From Octopus vulgaris (lineage: Eukaryota): 64,000 bases of DNA. Shown here one piece after another: positions 1-16,010 of this stretch. Position 1 is the stretch's first letter, and the number at the start of each line of letters is the position of its first letter. The notes under the pieces were generated by a model, which saw only the letters and a program-made list of their open reading frames with translations, searched no databases and was not told the DNA's origin. A program made the translations under genes and the position numbers. The stretch covers positions 81,406,001-81,470,000 of the forward strand of contig OX597815.1 of the NCBI GenBank assembly GCA_951406725.2. The letters run 5' to 3'.

Positions 1-28
1 ATATATATATATACACACACACACACAC

Positions 29-62
<34 letters not shown>

Positions 63-126
63 TACATGTATATTTATATATGCATACATATAGTAAATAT
101 ATATATATATACATATATATCACTAA

Positions 127-172
<46 letters not shown>

Positions 173-189
173 TATATACACACATATAT

Positions 190-261
<72 letters not shown>

Positions 262-376
262 TATATATATATATGCGTATATTACTCCCTCCCCCAGATT
301 CATATATCAATGTTAAATTTATGTGATTTTGAAATTTAAAAAGTAACAACCAGCCATTTCCTGGCTCGGAGACTGA

Positions 377-407
<31 letters not shown>

Positions 408-671
408 AACACTGCATTGGCTGATAAATGTTATTTTATTCGTGGTTTCATGTTGAGAGAGATATCTCTTAACACTTATTCAAGTCTATCACATGCAGCA
501 TATGTGTTTGTCTCCATCTTGAATGAAAACACAATCTGTATGTATTTATATATGTATGTATGTGTGTGTGTGTATATATATATATATATGAATGTGTATA
601 TATATATATATGAATGTGTATATATATATGTATGTATGTATGTATGTATATATATGTATGTATATATGTGC

Positions 672-728
<57 letters not shown>

Positions 729-1631
729 TATATATATATGAAAAGATAATTGAGTCAAAGCTTTTATATTAATTGCAAATAAAATTTTTTTTCAAATATC
801 AAATATGAAATGTAAATTCAAAATAGATAAAAATGCCATTTGGAAAAAAATGTTTTGTCTGGAATATAAAACAATCTGAATGAAAAACAAAAAAAAAAAA
901 AATAGAATCATATATTTACAAGAATGAAAGTGAAGAAAGAAAATGATAATCCAAAACAGAAATGAAAGAAAAGTCACATGTAGTTTCAAAAAGCATTGTT
1001 ATAGAGAATGAACTGATAAGGAAACTTGGGGAGAAGAAGAGAAAAAGCAGTTAAATGATTTAGTGGCAGATCAAGTTCCATCTTTCTTTACTGATAATGC
1101 ACCATTAAGGTTTTGTTTAAGTAGACATTTAAATCTAAAAGCGCTCAAGTTGACCTTGTCATCCTAATTAGCAGAAGTACTTATTAAGCCAATGCAATTC
1201 TATAATGTATAATTACTTGAGTACCAATATAGTGCAGATTATCAAATGGTACTTATTTTGAAGGTATCAGCTTCAATTATGTAAAATAGTTATGCCAAGG
1301 CACATTCTTGGCTATAAATGAAAAAAGTGACCTTAAATTACTATTGACTCAGGACCTCTGAGAGAAGAGCTGAGTCCTGGTCAAGTTGGTTGTAAAGGTA
1401 ATAACACCAGTTAGTTTGATCCTTGACTGAACCTGCAAAGGTTTCCTCATAGAGCCAAATATCACATTGAGACTGTGATACAAAGTCATATCCATATAGA
1501 TGGATATCGCTATGCATACACACACATATATATACACACATACATATATATTAACATAAATATGTGTATGCAAACATACAAATATATGAACAGACATCTC
1601 AAAAGAAAATACACATACACACACACATGTA

Positions 1632-1841
1632 CTCTTTTACTTGTTTCAGTCATTTGACTGCGACCATGCTGGAGCACCGCCTTTAATCGAGCAACTCGAC
1701 CCCGGGACTTATTCTTTTGTAAGCCCAGTACTTATTCTATCGATCTCTTTTGCCGAACCGCTAAGTAACGAGGACATAAACACACCAGCATCGTTGTCAA
1801 GCAATGCTAGAGGGACAAACACAGACACACAAACACACACA

Positions 1842-1915
<74 letters not shown>

Positions 1916-2090
1916 CACATATATACGATGGGTTTCTTTTCAGTTTCCGTCTACCAAATCCACTCACAAGGCTTTGGTCGGCCCGAGGCTATAGTAGAAG
2001 ACACTTGCCCAAGATGCCATGCAGTGGGACTGAACCCGGAACCATGTGGTTGGTTAGCAAGCTACTTACCACACAGCCACTCCTGTGCCT
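1632..2090 (-). mobile_element. tRNA-derived SINE, family A (internal TA/TG microsatellite), near full length
   Basis: Reverse complement has an A box (TGGCTGTGTGG), a B box (GGTTCAGTCCC), the body cttgggcaagtgtcttctactatagcc, an internal microsatellite and the 3' end caaatgactgaaacaagtaaaagag. Many copies in the window. Confidence 0.9.
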
Positions 2091-2781
2091 ATACATACAC
2101 ACATGCATGCATACACATGTGTGTGTGTGTGTGTGTAGTGTGATTTGTGACATGGCTAATTTAGTGGGTTTGGGTTGGAGTACTTTTCTCCCTTACCTAA
2201 CTGAATAAAATTATCACAAAACCAGAAATACTGTGCTCCACCTACCATCAAAATACAACAGCATCAGCAACAACAAGAACAATAAACAGTCCTTGAAATG
2301 CAATGCAAGTAAAACAGCGAAACAATTGAAATTGAATACATGCTGTGTGTGTGTGTGCGTGCGCATGTAAAGAAAGGAAAGATTATTGGGGAAGAGAGAG
2401 AAGAATATCTGACAATAAAAGAAGAGCAAGAATTAATTTTTGAAATATGTGAAACAAGAATGGAGGGAAAAAAAAAAGGGGGTAGGACATAAAAGAAAAA
2501 AGAAATGGAAGAAATATAAATGGTTGGGAGGGGAGTGATAAGGAAGCTTTTGGAAATGAAGCTAAAAAATCTGCAAAGGGAATTGAAATGGTAAAAGAAA
2601 TAATCAGTAAGTGGTGTGGTGGGGATGATGATGATGATGGTGGTTTGGATATATGGCAAGAAGTGAGGGAGGGAGGGAGAGAACTGGTAGGACTGGTGTT
2701 ATTCAGGATTTTTATGGCCTTCAAATCAACACAATTTCATATTTTCGTGCTCATCCATTTTTCTCTTCCAATTACAATGCG

Positions 2782-3512
<731 letters not shown>

Positions 3513-4068
3513 CAGTATTATAATATGTGTGTGTGTGAGTGTATATATCTACATACGTAAATGTATACACACACAAATACATATGAATATCTATATATAT
3601 CTATCTATATATATATATATATATGCACACATAGATACATACATATAAATATAAATACATACACATGTGTGTACACACACACACGCGTGTGCGCGCACAC
3701 ATGCATAAATGTGTGAGTGTTGCTCTACGTATGACACAGGAAACATGATTCTGTGGTGGCAAGTTTCTCCACAACCCTACTCCCCGTCACTGCATTCTTG
3801 CAATGTATTCCCAATTCCAGGATGAACCATTTCACTCCATTCATATCTTTTTTACCCTCTCTCTTTTTCTCTGTAATTTTATAGCCATTTAACCCTAGCC
3901 AGTACTGATACAACAAACCTACGATCAAAAGTATCCCAGCTGTGGTCATACCATCAATTTTACACATAGAATGATATATTTAGGGCTAATTTTGACAATA
4001 TATTCTTCCTTTTTCAAGATGGTAAAATATGATTTGATAGAGATCTAGGTGTTGTTTCTTTGTTGTAA

Positions 4069-4240
4069 ACAGGAGTGGCTGTGTGGTAAGTAACTTGCTT
4101 ACCAACCACATGGTTCCAGGTTCAGTCCCACTGCGTGGCATCTTGGGCAAGTGTCTTCTACTATAGCCTCAGGCCGACCAAAGCCTTGTGAGTGGATTTG
4201 GTAGACAGAAACTGAAAGAAGCCCATCGTATATATGTATG

Positions 4241-4271
<31 letters not shown>

Positions 4272-4470
4272 ATGTTTGTGTGTCTGTCCCCCTAGCATTG
4301 CTTGACAACGATGCTGGTGTGTTTACGTCCCCGTCACTTAGCGGTTCACCAAAAGACATCGATAGAATAAGTACTGGGCTTACAAAGAATAAGTCTCGGG
4401 ATCGATTTGCTCGACTAAAGGTGGTGCTCCAGCATGGCCGCAGTCAAATGACTGAAACAAGTAAAAGAGT
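4069..4470 (+). mobile_element. SINE family A, near full length
   Basis: caggagtggctgtgtggtaag...ggttcagtccc...gactgaaacaagtaaaagag, inverted relative to the 1632-2090 copy. Confidence 0.9.
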
Positions 4471-4710
4471 AAAAAGAGTAAGAGTAAATACATACATACA
4501 TACACACACACATTACTTTCACAAGAATAATGTTGACAATGATTTCACAGTTCCAGCCTGCTTAGCCTCCATTATTAGACCAGGCCGGAGCTTCGAAGCT
4601 ATTCTCAACACTGTTCTTGAAATAATAATAGATATATTCTCAGCAAAAAGCATTGCGTAACCATTCAGTTTAATGTAAAATTATTTTTATCATCACTCTA
4701 CATATAAACA

Positions 4711-4759
<49 letters not shown>

Positions 4760-6685
4760 GCACACAGAGAGAGAGAGAGAGCGAGAAAGAGACACACATA
4801 CACACACAGGTACACACAGTGCAAACACACATTTACACACGTTCACACTATGCATTCAAACATCTGGTGTGATAGAAAAGTTCAATGACTACTTAGGGTA
4901 AAGTCTTTATTTTTCTGATTTGATTCTCAAACACACACACGCACATACACACACACACACGCACGTACACACACACACACAGTACAAACTGATTTACTTC
5001 TATGATAAAGTATAACTGTGACATCATGTAAGATAAAGCTGAAATTGTATTTCATTAGGTGTCCACCCATTACCACCTGCTGAATCCTTCTGTTGAGGAG
5101 GGGACGGGACAGGGGAAACATCAGTTGGGTGAGGTAGGCTGAGGCGTAGGGATTCGAGGGTGGAGGGCATTAAATTATATTCTTATGTGAGGTGTGGCCA
5201 CAGCTCTTAGTGTTTTTAGAATCCTAAGCCACACATAAAATCTGTTATATCATTAACAAAATATTTACATGAACAACAGATGACTACGATGGATGACAAC
5301 GAATAGCAGTGATGATGATGATGATAATTTCTTACACTAGGACAAAACTAAAACTGTGTATGGTGGGTGGGGAACTTGTAGCTTTTTAAATAATGACCTG
5401 ATTCTTATTTTATTGAAGGCCTGAAAAGAGTACAGGAGAAGTAAACCATAGCAGGATCTGAACTTGCGCCAGTCACACAAAATTAAATAATATTAAATAT
5501 TTACTGATGCTCTCTCATAGCAATAATGTTTCTAGTTTAGATTTGTCGCTTCTTTATCACAATGTCTATGATTGCCCCTCTATCATACTTTAGCCTCTCA
5601 GTACCTAGCATAACCCCCATCTCCACCTTGCTGACCCCAATTTAATTGTGAGGACTTTTTTCTCTTTTCCATCTTTTTTTTTCTTTCTGTTTTGCAGCTT
5701 ATATGGGTGCATCATTAGTGCTAGTAACATGGAAAAAAAAAAAAGCACCTGGTATTCATTGTAAGGTGGCTGGCATTAGGAAGAGCAACCTAATGTAGAA
5801 ACCATCCTAAAGTTGACACAGGAGTTTTGGAACAGCACTGTAGTTTGCCAGACCCTTTTTCAAACTGTCCAGCCCTTGCCAGCATTGAAAACATATTAAA
5901 TGATGATGACGATGATAAACACCCAGGATTTTGAATGGAGGCAGTTAGGTGAATAGACTGACTCTAGCTCTTGACAGGTATTTCATTTTATTGATTTTGA
6001 ACGGATGAAAGGCAAAGGTGGAATTCCAACCAATGCTCTAAAAGACCTACTTATCCACTACTTTTCATATAATAATAATAAATAAGAGAGAATACGAACA
6101 GAGTGTGAGGAAGAGTGGGTAGATAAGTTCAAAAACAAGTGAGAGGACAGTGACAGTTGTACATCCATGGTAACAGCTTTCTTTCATTCCTCATTGGGCC
6201 ATTCCCATCTTTTCCTATCAGATTCCTCCAGGAGTATTTAACGCAATCTTAATGAAAAGGTGTATTCACTTTCATTGCTTTCCCACATTTACTTTGAACT
6301 CATGTAGAATTGTTTGACTCAATGGTTCATTATTCAGAGTCTCTAACACCAACATAATGTAGAGTGCCATTGCATAAGGATGAGATAAAAGCCAAAAAGC
6401 AGAGGAGTGAAAGTTTTTGGAATAGCTGCACTGCTCTAAATTTTCTCTCATCTTCCTCAAGCCTCAATGGAAGGAACTTCAGCTATCAACAGCTACGGCA
6501 GTTGGGTATCTAAGGCTTCTCTTAATCTTGGGAAGCCCAGGTCCCAAGAAAAAGCCTGCAGATCTGTGATTAGCCATGGTATTTTACTAATATATAATGG
6601 TTAGTTTCAACCTCAAAGCAACAACATTCTAACTCTGCTTCCACCACCACTGCCGCCATCATCACTAACGCTACCATTGCAAACT

Positions 6686-6785
6686 NNNNNNNNNNNNNNN
6701 NNNNNNNNNNNNNNNNNNNNNNNNNNNNNNNNNNNNNNNNNNNNNNNNNNNNNNNNNNNNNNNNNNNNNNNNNNNNNNNNNNNNN
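6686..6785. other. Assembly gap, 100 N
   Basis: Run of exactly 100 N, a common placeholder for an unsized gap. Confidence 0.99.
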
Positions 6786-6853
6786 AATGTTAAATTTTTG
6801 TGATTTTGAAATTTAAAAAGTAACAACCAGCCATTTCCTGGCTCGGAGACTGA

Positions 6854-6910
<57 letters not shown>

Positions 6911-7127
6911 CTGCATTGGCTGATAAATGTTATTTTATTCGTGGTTTCATGTTGAGAGAGATATCTCTTAACACTTATTCAAGTCTATCACATGCAGCAT
7001 ATGTGTTTGTCTCCATCTTGAATGAAAACACAATCTGTATGTATTTATATATGTATGTATGTATATATATATATGTGTGTGTGTATATATATATGTATGA
7101 ATGTGTATATATATATATGTATGAGTG

Positions 7128-7158
<31 letters not shown>

Positions 7159-7159
7159 G

Positions 7160-7239
<80 letters not shown>

Positions 7240-8139
7240 TATATATATATGAAAAGATAATTGAGTCAAAGCTTTATATTAATTGCAAATAAAAATTTTT
7301 TTCAAATATCAAATATGAAATGTAAATTCAAAATAGATAAAAATGCCATTTGGAAAAAAATGTTTTGTCTGGAATATAAAACAATCTGAATGAAAAAAAA
7401 AAAAAAAATAGAATCATATATTTACAAGAATGAAAGTGAAGAAAGAAAATGATAATCCAAAACAGAAATGAAAGAAAAGTCACATGTAGTTTCAAAAAGC
7501 ATTGTTATAGAGAATGAACTGATAAGGAAACTTGGGGAGAAGAAGAGAAAAAAGCAGTTAAATGATTTAGTGGCAGATCAAGTTCCATCTTTCTTTACTG
7601 ATAATGCACCATTAAGGTTTTGTTTAAGTAGACATTTAAATCTAAAAGCGCTCAAGTTGACCTTGTCATCCTAATTAGCAGAAGTACTTATTAAGCCAAT
7701 GTAATTCTATAATGTATAATTACTTGAGTACCAATATAGTGCAGATTATCAAATGGTACTTATTTTGAAGGTATCAGCTTCAATTATGTAAAATAGTTAT
7801 GCCAAGGCACATTCTTGGCTATAAATGAAAAAAGTGACCTTAAATTACTATTGACTCAGGACCTCTGAGAGAAGAGCTGAGTCCTGGTCAAGTTGGTTGT
7901 AAAGGTAATAACACCAGTTAGTTTGATCCTTGACTGAACCTGCAAAAGGTTTCCTCATAGAGCCAAATATCACATTGAGACTGTGATACAAAGTCATATC
8001 CATATAGATGGATATCGCTATGCATACACACACATATATATACACACATACATATATATTAACATAAATATGTGTATGCAAACATACAAATATATGAACA
8101 GACATCTCAAAAGAAAATACACATACACACACACATGTA

Positions 8140-8349
8140 CTCTTTTACTTGTTTCAGTCATTTGACTGCGACCATGCTGGGGCACCGCCTTTAATCGAGC
8201 AACTCGACCCCGGGACTTATTCTTTTGTAAGCCCAGTACTTATTCTATCGATCTCTTTTGCCGAACCGCTAAGTAACGAGGACATAAACACACCAGCATC
8301 GTTGTCAAGCAATGCTAGAGGGACAAACACAGACACACAAACACACACA

Positions 8350-8431
<82 letters not shown>

Positions 8432-8598
8432 TACGATGGGTTTCTTTTCAGTTTCCGTCTACCAAATCCACTCACAAGGCTTTGGTCGGCCCGAGGCTAT
8501 AGTAGAAGACACTTGCCCAAGATGCCATGCAGTGGGACTGAACCCGGAACCATGTGGTTGGTTAGCAAGCTACTTACCACACAGCCACTCCTGTGCCT
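8140..8598 (-). mobile_element. SINE family A (duplicate of 1632-2090)
   Basis: Same element within duplication copy 2. Confidence 0.9.
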
Positions 8599-9297
8599 AT
8601 ACATACACACATGCATGCATACACATGTGTGTGTGTGTGTGTAGTGTGATTTGTGACATGGCTAATTTAGTGGGTTTGGGTTGGAGTACTTTTCTCCCTT
8701 ACCTAACTGAATAAAATTATCACAAAACCAGAAATACTGTGCTCCACCTACCATCGAAATACATCAGCAACAACAAGAACAATAAACAGTCCTTGAAATG
8801 CAATGCAAGTAAAACAGCGAAACAATTGAAATTGAATACATGCTGTGTGTGTGTGTGTGTGTGTGTGTGCGCATGTAAAGAAAGGAAAGATTATTGGGGA
8901 AGAGAGAGAAGAATATCTGACAATAAAAGAAGAGCAAGAATTCATTTTTGAAATATGTGAAACAAGAATGGGAGGGAAAAAAAAAAAGGGGGTAGGACAT
9001 AAAAGAAAAAAAAGAAATGGAAGAAATATAAATGGTTGGGGGGGGGGTGATAAGGAAGCTTTTGGAAATGAAGCTAAAAAATGTGCAAAGGGAATTGAAA
9101 TGGTAAAAGAAATAATCAGTAAGTGGTGTGGTGGGGATGATGATGATGATGATGATGGTGGTTTGGATATATGGCAAGAAGTGAGGGAGGGAGGGAGGAA
9201 CTGGTAGGACTGGTGTTATTCAGGATTTTTATGGCCTTCAAATCAACACAATTTCATATTTTCGTGCTCATCCATTTTCTCTTCCAATTACAATGCG

Positions 9298-9342
<45 letters not shown>

Positions 9343-9498
9343 TGTGTGTGTATATATATAAATGTGTATGTATGTATATATATAAATGTGTATGTATGTA
9401 TATATATAAATGTGTATGTATGTATATATATAAATGTGTATGTATGTATATATATAAATGTGTATGTATGTATATATATATGTATATATGTATGAATA

Positions 9499-9547
<49 letters not shown>

Positions 9548-9698
9548 ATATATATATGTATGTATATATATATATATGTGTATATATGTATATATATATG
9601 TATGTGTATATATATGTATGTATGTGTATGTATATATATGTATGTGTATGTATATATATGTATGTGTATGTATATATATGTATATGTATGTATATATA

Positions 9699-9767
<69 letters not shown>

Positions 9768-9782
9768 GTATATATATATATG

Positions 9783-9813
<31 letters not shown>

Positions 9814-9826
9814 GTATATATATGTA

Positions 9827-9915
<89 letters not shown>

Positions 9916-9946
9916 GTATATATGTATATATATGTATATATGTATA

Positions 9947-10021
<75 letters not shown>

Positions 10022-10610
10022 GTATATATATGTATATATATATATATGTATATATTCAGTATTATAATATGTGTGTGTGTGTGAGTGTATATATCTACAT
10101 ACGTAAATGTATACACACACAAATACATATGAATATCTATATATATCTATCTATATATATATATATATATGCACACATAGATACATACATATAAATATAA
10201 ATACATACACATGTGTACACACACACACGCGTGTGCGCGCACACATGCATAAATGTGTGAGTGTTGCTCTACGTATGACACAGGAAACATGATTCTGTGG
10301 TGGCAAGTTTCTCCACAACCCTACTCCCCGTCACTGCATTCTTGCAATGTATTCCCAATTCCAGGATGAACCATTTCACTCCATTCATATCTTTTTTACC
10401 CTCTCTTTTTCTCTGTAATTTTATAGCCATTTAACCCTAGCCAGTACTGATACAACAAACCTACGATCAAAAGTATCCCAGCTGTGGTCATACCATCAAT
10501 TTTACACATAGAATGATATATTTAGGGCTAATTTTGACAACATATTCTTCCTTTTTCAAGATGGTAAAATATGATTTGATAGAGATCTAGGTGTTGTTTC
10601 TTTGTTGTAA

Positions 10611-11010
10611 ACAGGAGTGGCTGTGTGGTGAGTAGCTTGCTTACCAACCACATGGTTCCAGGTTCAGTCCCACTGCGTGGCATCTTGGGCAAGTGTCGTG
10701 TCTTCTACTATAGCCTCAGGCCGACCAAAGCCTTGTAAGTGGATTTGGTAGACGGAAACTGAAAGAAGCCCGTCGTATATATGTATATATATATGTGTGT
10801 GTGTATGTTTGTGTGTCTGTGTTTGTCCCCCTAGCATTGCTTGACAACCAATGCTGGTGTGTTTACGTCCCCGTCACGTAGCAGTTCGCCAAAAGACATC
10901 GATAGAATAAGTACTGGGCTTACAAAGAATAAGTCTCGGGGTCGATTTGCTCGACTAAAGGTGGTGCTCCAGCATGGCCACAGTCAAATGACTGAAACAA
11001 ATAAAAGAGT
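10611..11010 (+). mobile_element. SINE family A (duplicate of 4069-4470)
   Basis: Same position within duplication copy 2. Confidence 0.9.
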
Positions 11011-11252
11011 AAAAAGAGTAAGAGTAAATACATACATACACACACACATTACTTTCACAAGAATAATGTTGACAATGATTTCACAGTTCCAGCCTGCTTC
11101 GCCTCCATTATTAGACCAGGCCGGAGCTTCGAAGCTATTCTCAACACTGTTCTTGAAATAATAATAGATATATTCTCAGCAAAAAGCATTGCGTAACCAT
11201 TCAGTTTAATGTAAAATTATTTTTATCATCACTCTACATATGAACATTAATA

Positions 11253-11302
<50 letters not shown>

Positions 11303-13883
11303 TACATAGAGAGAGAGCGAGAAAGAGACACACATACACACACAGGTACACACAGTGCAAACACACATTTACACACGTTCACACTATGCATTCAAACATC
11401 TGGTGTGATAGAAAAGTTCAATGACTACTTAGGGTAAAGTCTTTATTTTTCTGATTTGATTCTCAAACACACACACGCACATACACACACACACACGCAC
11501 GTACACACACACACACAGTACAAACTGATTTACTTCTATGATAAAGTATAACTGTGACATCATGTAAGATAAAGCTGAAATTGTATTTCATTAGGTGTCC
11601 ACCCATTACCACCTGCTGAATCCTTCTGTTGAGGAGGGGACGGGACAGGGGAAACATCAGTTGGGTGAGGTAGGCTGAGGCGTAGGGATTCGAGGGTGGA
11701 GGGCATTAAATTATATTCTTATGTGAGGTGTGGCCACAGCTCTTAGTGTTTTTAGAATCCTAAGCCACACATAAAATCTGTTATATCATTAACAAAATAT
11801 TTACATGAACAACAGATGACTACGATGGATGACAACGAATAGCAGTGATGATGATGATGATAATTTCTTACACTAGGACAAAACTAAAACTGTGTATGGT
11901 GGGTGGGGAACTTGTAGCTTTTTAAATAATGACCTGATTCTTATTTTATTGAAGGCCTGAAAAGAGTACAGGAGAAGTAAACCATAGCAGGATCTGAACT
12001 TGCGCCAGTCACACAAAATTAAATAATATTAAATATTTACTGATGCTCTCTCATAGCAATAATGTTTCTAGTTTAGATTTGTCGCCTCTTTATCACAATG
12101 TCTATGATTGCCCCTCTATCATACTTTAGCCTCTCAGTACCTAGCATAACCCCCATCTCCACCTTGCTGACCCCAATTTAATTGTGAGGACTTTTTCTCT
12201 TTTCCATCTTTTTTTCTTTCTGTCTTGCAGCTTATATGGGTGCATCATTAGTGCTAGTAACATGGAAAAAAAAAAGCACCCGGTATTCATTGTAAGGTGG
12301 CTGGCATTAGGAAGGGCAACCTAATGTAGAAACCACCCTAAAGTTGACACAGGAGTTTTGGAACAGCACTGTAGCTTGCCAGACCCTTTTTCAAACTGTC
12401 CAGCCCTTGCCAGCATTGAAAACATATTAAATGATGATGACGATGATAAACACCCAGGATTTTGAATGGAGGCAGTTAGGTGAATAGACTGACTCTAGCT
12501 CTTGACAGGTATTTCATTTTATTGATTTTGAACGGATGAAAGGCAAAGGTGGAATTCCAACCAATGCTCTAAAAGACCTACTTATCCACTACTTTTCATA
12601 TAATAATAATAAATAAGAGAGAATACGAACAGAGTGTGAGGAAGAGTGGGTAGATAAGTTCAAAAACAAGTGAGAGGACAGTGACAGTTGTACATCCATG
12701 GTAACAGCTTTCTTTCATTCCTCATTGGGCCATTCCCATCTTTTCCTATCAGATTCCTCCAGGAGTATTTAACGCAATCTTAATGAAAAGGTGTATTCAC
12801 TTTCATTGCTTTCCCACATTTACTTTGAACTCATGTAGAATTGTTTGACTCAATGGTTCATTATTCAGAGTCTCTAACACCAACATAATGTAGAGTGCCA
12901 TTGCATAAGGATGAGATAAAAGCCAAAAAGCAGAGGAGTGAAAGTTTTTGGAATAGCTGCACTGCTCTAAATTTTCTCTCATCTTCCTCAAGCCTCAATG
13001 GAAGGAACTTCAGCTATCAACAGCTACGGCAGTTGGGTATCTAAGGCTTCTCTTAACCTTGGGAAACCCAGGTCCCAAGAAAAAGCCTGCAGATCTGTGA
13101 TTAGCCATGGTATTTTACTAATATATAATGGTTAGTTTCAACCTCAAAGCAACAACATTCTAACTCTGCTTCCACCACCACTGCCGCCATCATCACTAAC
13201 GCTACCATTGCAAACTATTTTGCAAACAAAGCAGTTACTAGCTGAAAAACATGGGAAAATTTAAATTAAAGTCATTAAAGGTAATGAGTGCATACGTATA
13301 GTCCAGTCAATAGCAGTTTATAAACTAAAGAAACACACACAGACAAACAATAATAATGAAAAGACAATCTCAAAGAGAAAATGATAAACTCAGTAAATAG
13401 GATCCTTGGTGATTGTGATGAAAAACTCCAATAGTTTTGAATAAAAAACTGAAGAATTAATGAATGTGTGTGTGTTTATTGTTTGGCAACTTGACAAAAA
13501 ATATTAAACTAACACTAATCAACTCATAGGGAAGAATTAAAAAACAAAAATGGAAAACATTTGATAAAATATGATAACAGTTTATTAAAAAAGGGAAAAC
13601 CCAACAGAGGTGGAAATCAATAGTTAAATTAATAAGTGAATACATAAACGACACATTAACAAGATTATGTCAAACTCGATTTTACATAAGGTACCAAAAG
13701 GTCATGACACAAGGAGCACAAAACAATCTGGATTTGACGATTAGACGCAACATACTTATAACTTAAAGCATTTTAACGGAGTAAAAATAAATAAAACCAG
13801 AAAAAGATACTGCACATACATAAGGCACACAGCTGCAATTGGTAGCGCAGTGGCAGCATGCAATTAATAATAATAATAATAAT

Positions 13884-14338
13884 CTTTTCTACTATAACTA
13901 AAGGTTGAAATTTGTGGGAGAGGGATAGTCAATTACATCAACCCCCCCCCCCCCTCAGTGTGCAACTGGTACTTATTTTATCGACCCCAAAAGGATGAAA
14001 GCAAAGTCGACCTCGGTGGAATTTGAACTTAAACATAAAGCCAGTTGAAATGCCACTAAGCGTTTTGCCAGGCATGCTAACAATTCTGCCAGATCACCAC
14101 CTTTATGATAATAATAATATTAATAATAATAATAATCCTTTCTAATAAAGGCATGAAGTCTGAAATTTGGGGGTAGGGGGCTAGTTGATTACATCAACCC
14201 TAGTGTTTTAATGGTACTTAATTTATCGACCCCAACAGGATGAAAGGCAAAGTCGACCACAGCGGAATTTGAACCCAGAACATAGCAGCAGATGACATAC
14301 TGCTAAGGAGTTTGCCCAGCATGCTAAAGATTCTGCCT
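13884..14338 (-). mobile_element. Two adjacent family B SINEs
   Basis: ggtactta...atcgacccc..aggatgaaag(g)caaagtcgacc..ggaatttgaac occurs twice, with (TAA)n tails. Confidence 0.85.
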
Positions 14339-14649
14339 CTAATTTTCTTGTGGTTTGGCAGACATTCTCTAGAACAATACTATGCACAAAACCGAAAATA
14401 TGGCACCCTGGTCACAATACCAACTTGAGCTTCTAACATGTTGTTTCTTGAGGTTTCTGGGTGAGACTTGGTGTTAATTTGTACAAATTCAAAGCAAAAG
14501 CCAAACACAGAATAATAATAATAATTGTTTCAAACTTCGGCACAAGGCCTGCAATATCAGGGAATGAGTTTTAATTCATTACACCAGCCCCAGTTTTTGA
14601 TTGGTACTTTATCAGCCCAGTATATATATACATACAAACATACATATAT

Positions 14650-14950
14650 ATGGTAAGAAGCTTGCTTCCCAACCTCGGGCCAGCCAAAGCCTTGTGAGTG
14701 GATTTGGTATAAGGAAACTGAAAGAACCTGTCATATATATGCATGTATGTGTGTGTCTGTGTTTGGCCCTCCACCATTCCTTGACAACTGACATTGGTGT
14801 GTTTACGTCCCCCGTAACTTAGTGGTTCGGCAAAAGAGCCCGATAAAAGAATTACTAGGCTTAGAAAGAGTAAGTCCTGGGGTCGATTTGTTCGACTAAA
14901 AGCAGTGCTCCAGCATGGCCACAGTCAAATGACTGAAACAAGTAAATGAG
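14650..14950 (+). mobile_element. SINE family A, internally deleted
   Basis: tggtaagaagcttgcttcccaacc joined directly to ctcgggccagccaaagcc, ending gactgaaacaagtaa. Confidence 0.85.
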
Positions 14951-15267
14951 TAAAAAAACAGGTTGCTTATGAAGTGTTCATACATACAAAGTAATGCACT
15001 CACATATGTTGGTCTATTGACAGTTAAATGGCTAACCCAATGTGACTTTGTGAAGTCTTTCCTGCCACGCGCACAGAGCAGTTTTCCTAAATGACATCGT
15101 AAAGCCTCAATTGGAAAACCAGGATCCTGTACCCCAAAGCTAACCCGGTGAAATTCACAAACTGTGCTTGAATACACACACACACACACACACATAAAAG
15201 ACCCATAAAATTAAATAGACAATGAAGCTACCACAAAAATGTCCATCTGTGCACACACGTGTGAGAA

Positions 15268-15312
<45 letters not shown>

Positions 15313-15464
15313 GTTTGAACATATAATTTTGTGATACAGACAGGAAAATGGTATTCAAAACATGAGTATATATTCGTTTTTAATCAGAACTTACGTGACT
15401 CAAAGACAGAGGCTTTCAAGCACTGGCAACGAAACTCTCTACTTTTGAGTCACTTTGTAATTTC

Positions 15465-15546
<82 letters not shown>

Positions 15547-15584
15547 TATATATATATATATTTATATATATATATTTATATATA

Positions 15585-15650
<66 letters not shown>

Positions 15651-15979
15651 TATATACATATATATATATAATGTGTGTGTGAGAAAGAGAGAGAGAGATA
15701 CATTTTGATTTACCTGTCAATCTCAATGGATACCATTTGTTACAAGTCCAGGAAATGTTTAAATTAAAACAGTACAAAGACAAAAGCAGGTAGGTAGGTT
15801 TGTCAGCTGCTTCTCATATACACACATACACACACACTACTAAATATGGCACACCAATGCAAAAACTGAAATCTTTTTTACTTTTTTTTTTTTTTTATTG
15901 CTGGCAAAATATTTCTGCTTTCCTCATTATCACTATTTGCCACCTTCTGTTCTCTATCTCTCACTCATTTCTTCTCCTC

Positions 15980-16010
<31 letters not shown>

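Larger units (their letters stand above)
6786..13216. repeat. Copy 2 of ~6.4 kb direct duplication
   Basis: Starts at the first base after the gap, is collinear with 309-6685, and then continues into unique sequence. Confidence 0.95.

Noticed and set aside
1641-2208. Recurring peptides such as [31 protein letters not shown]
   Set aside because: They are SINE family A read in various frames. The recurrence reflects repeat copies, not a gene family.
4520-4670. Short open frames in unique sequence (e.g. RTVLRIASKLRPGLIMEAK on the minus strand)
   Set aside because: No recognisable domain and weak splice signals. One synonymous difference between copies is insufficient.
15706-15790. Minus-strand donor ACAG|gtaaat with upstream MVSIEID
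   Set aside because: No convincing acceptor or promoter evidence, and the motif is expected by chance.
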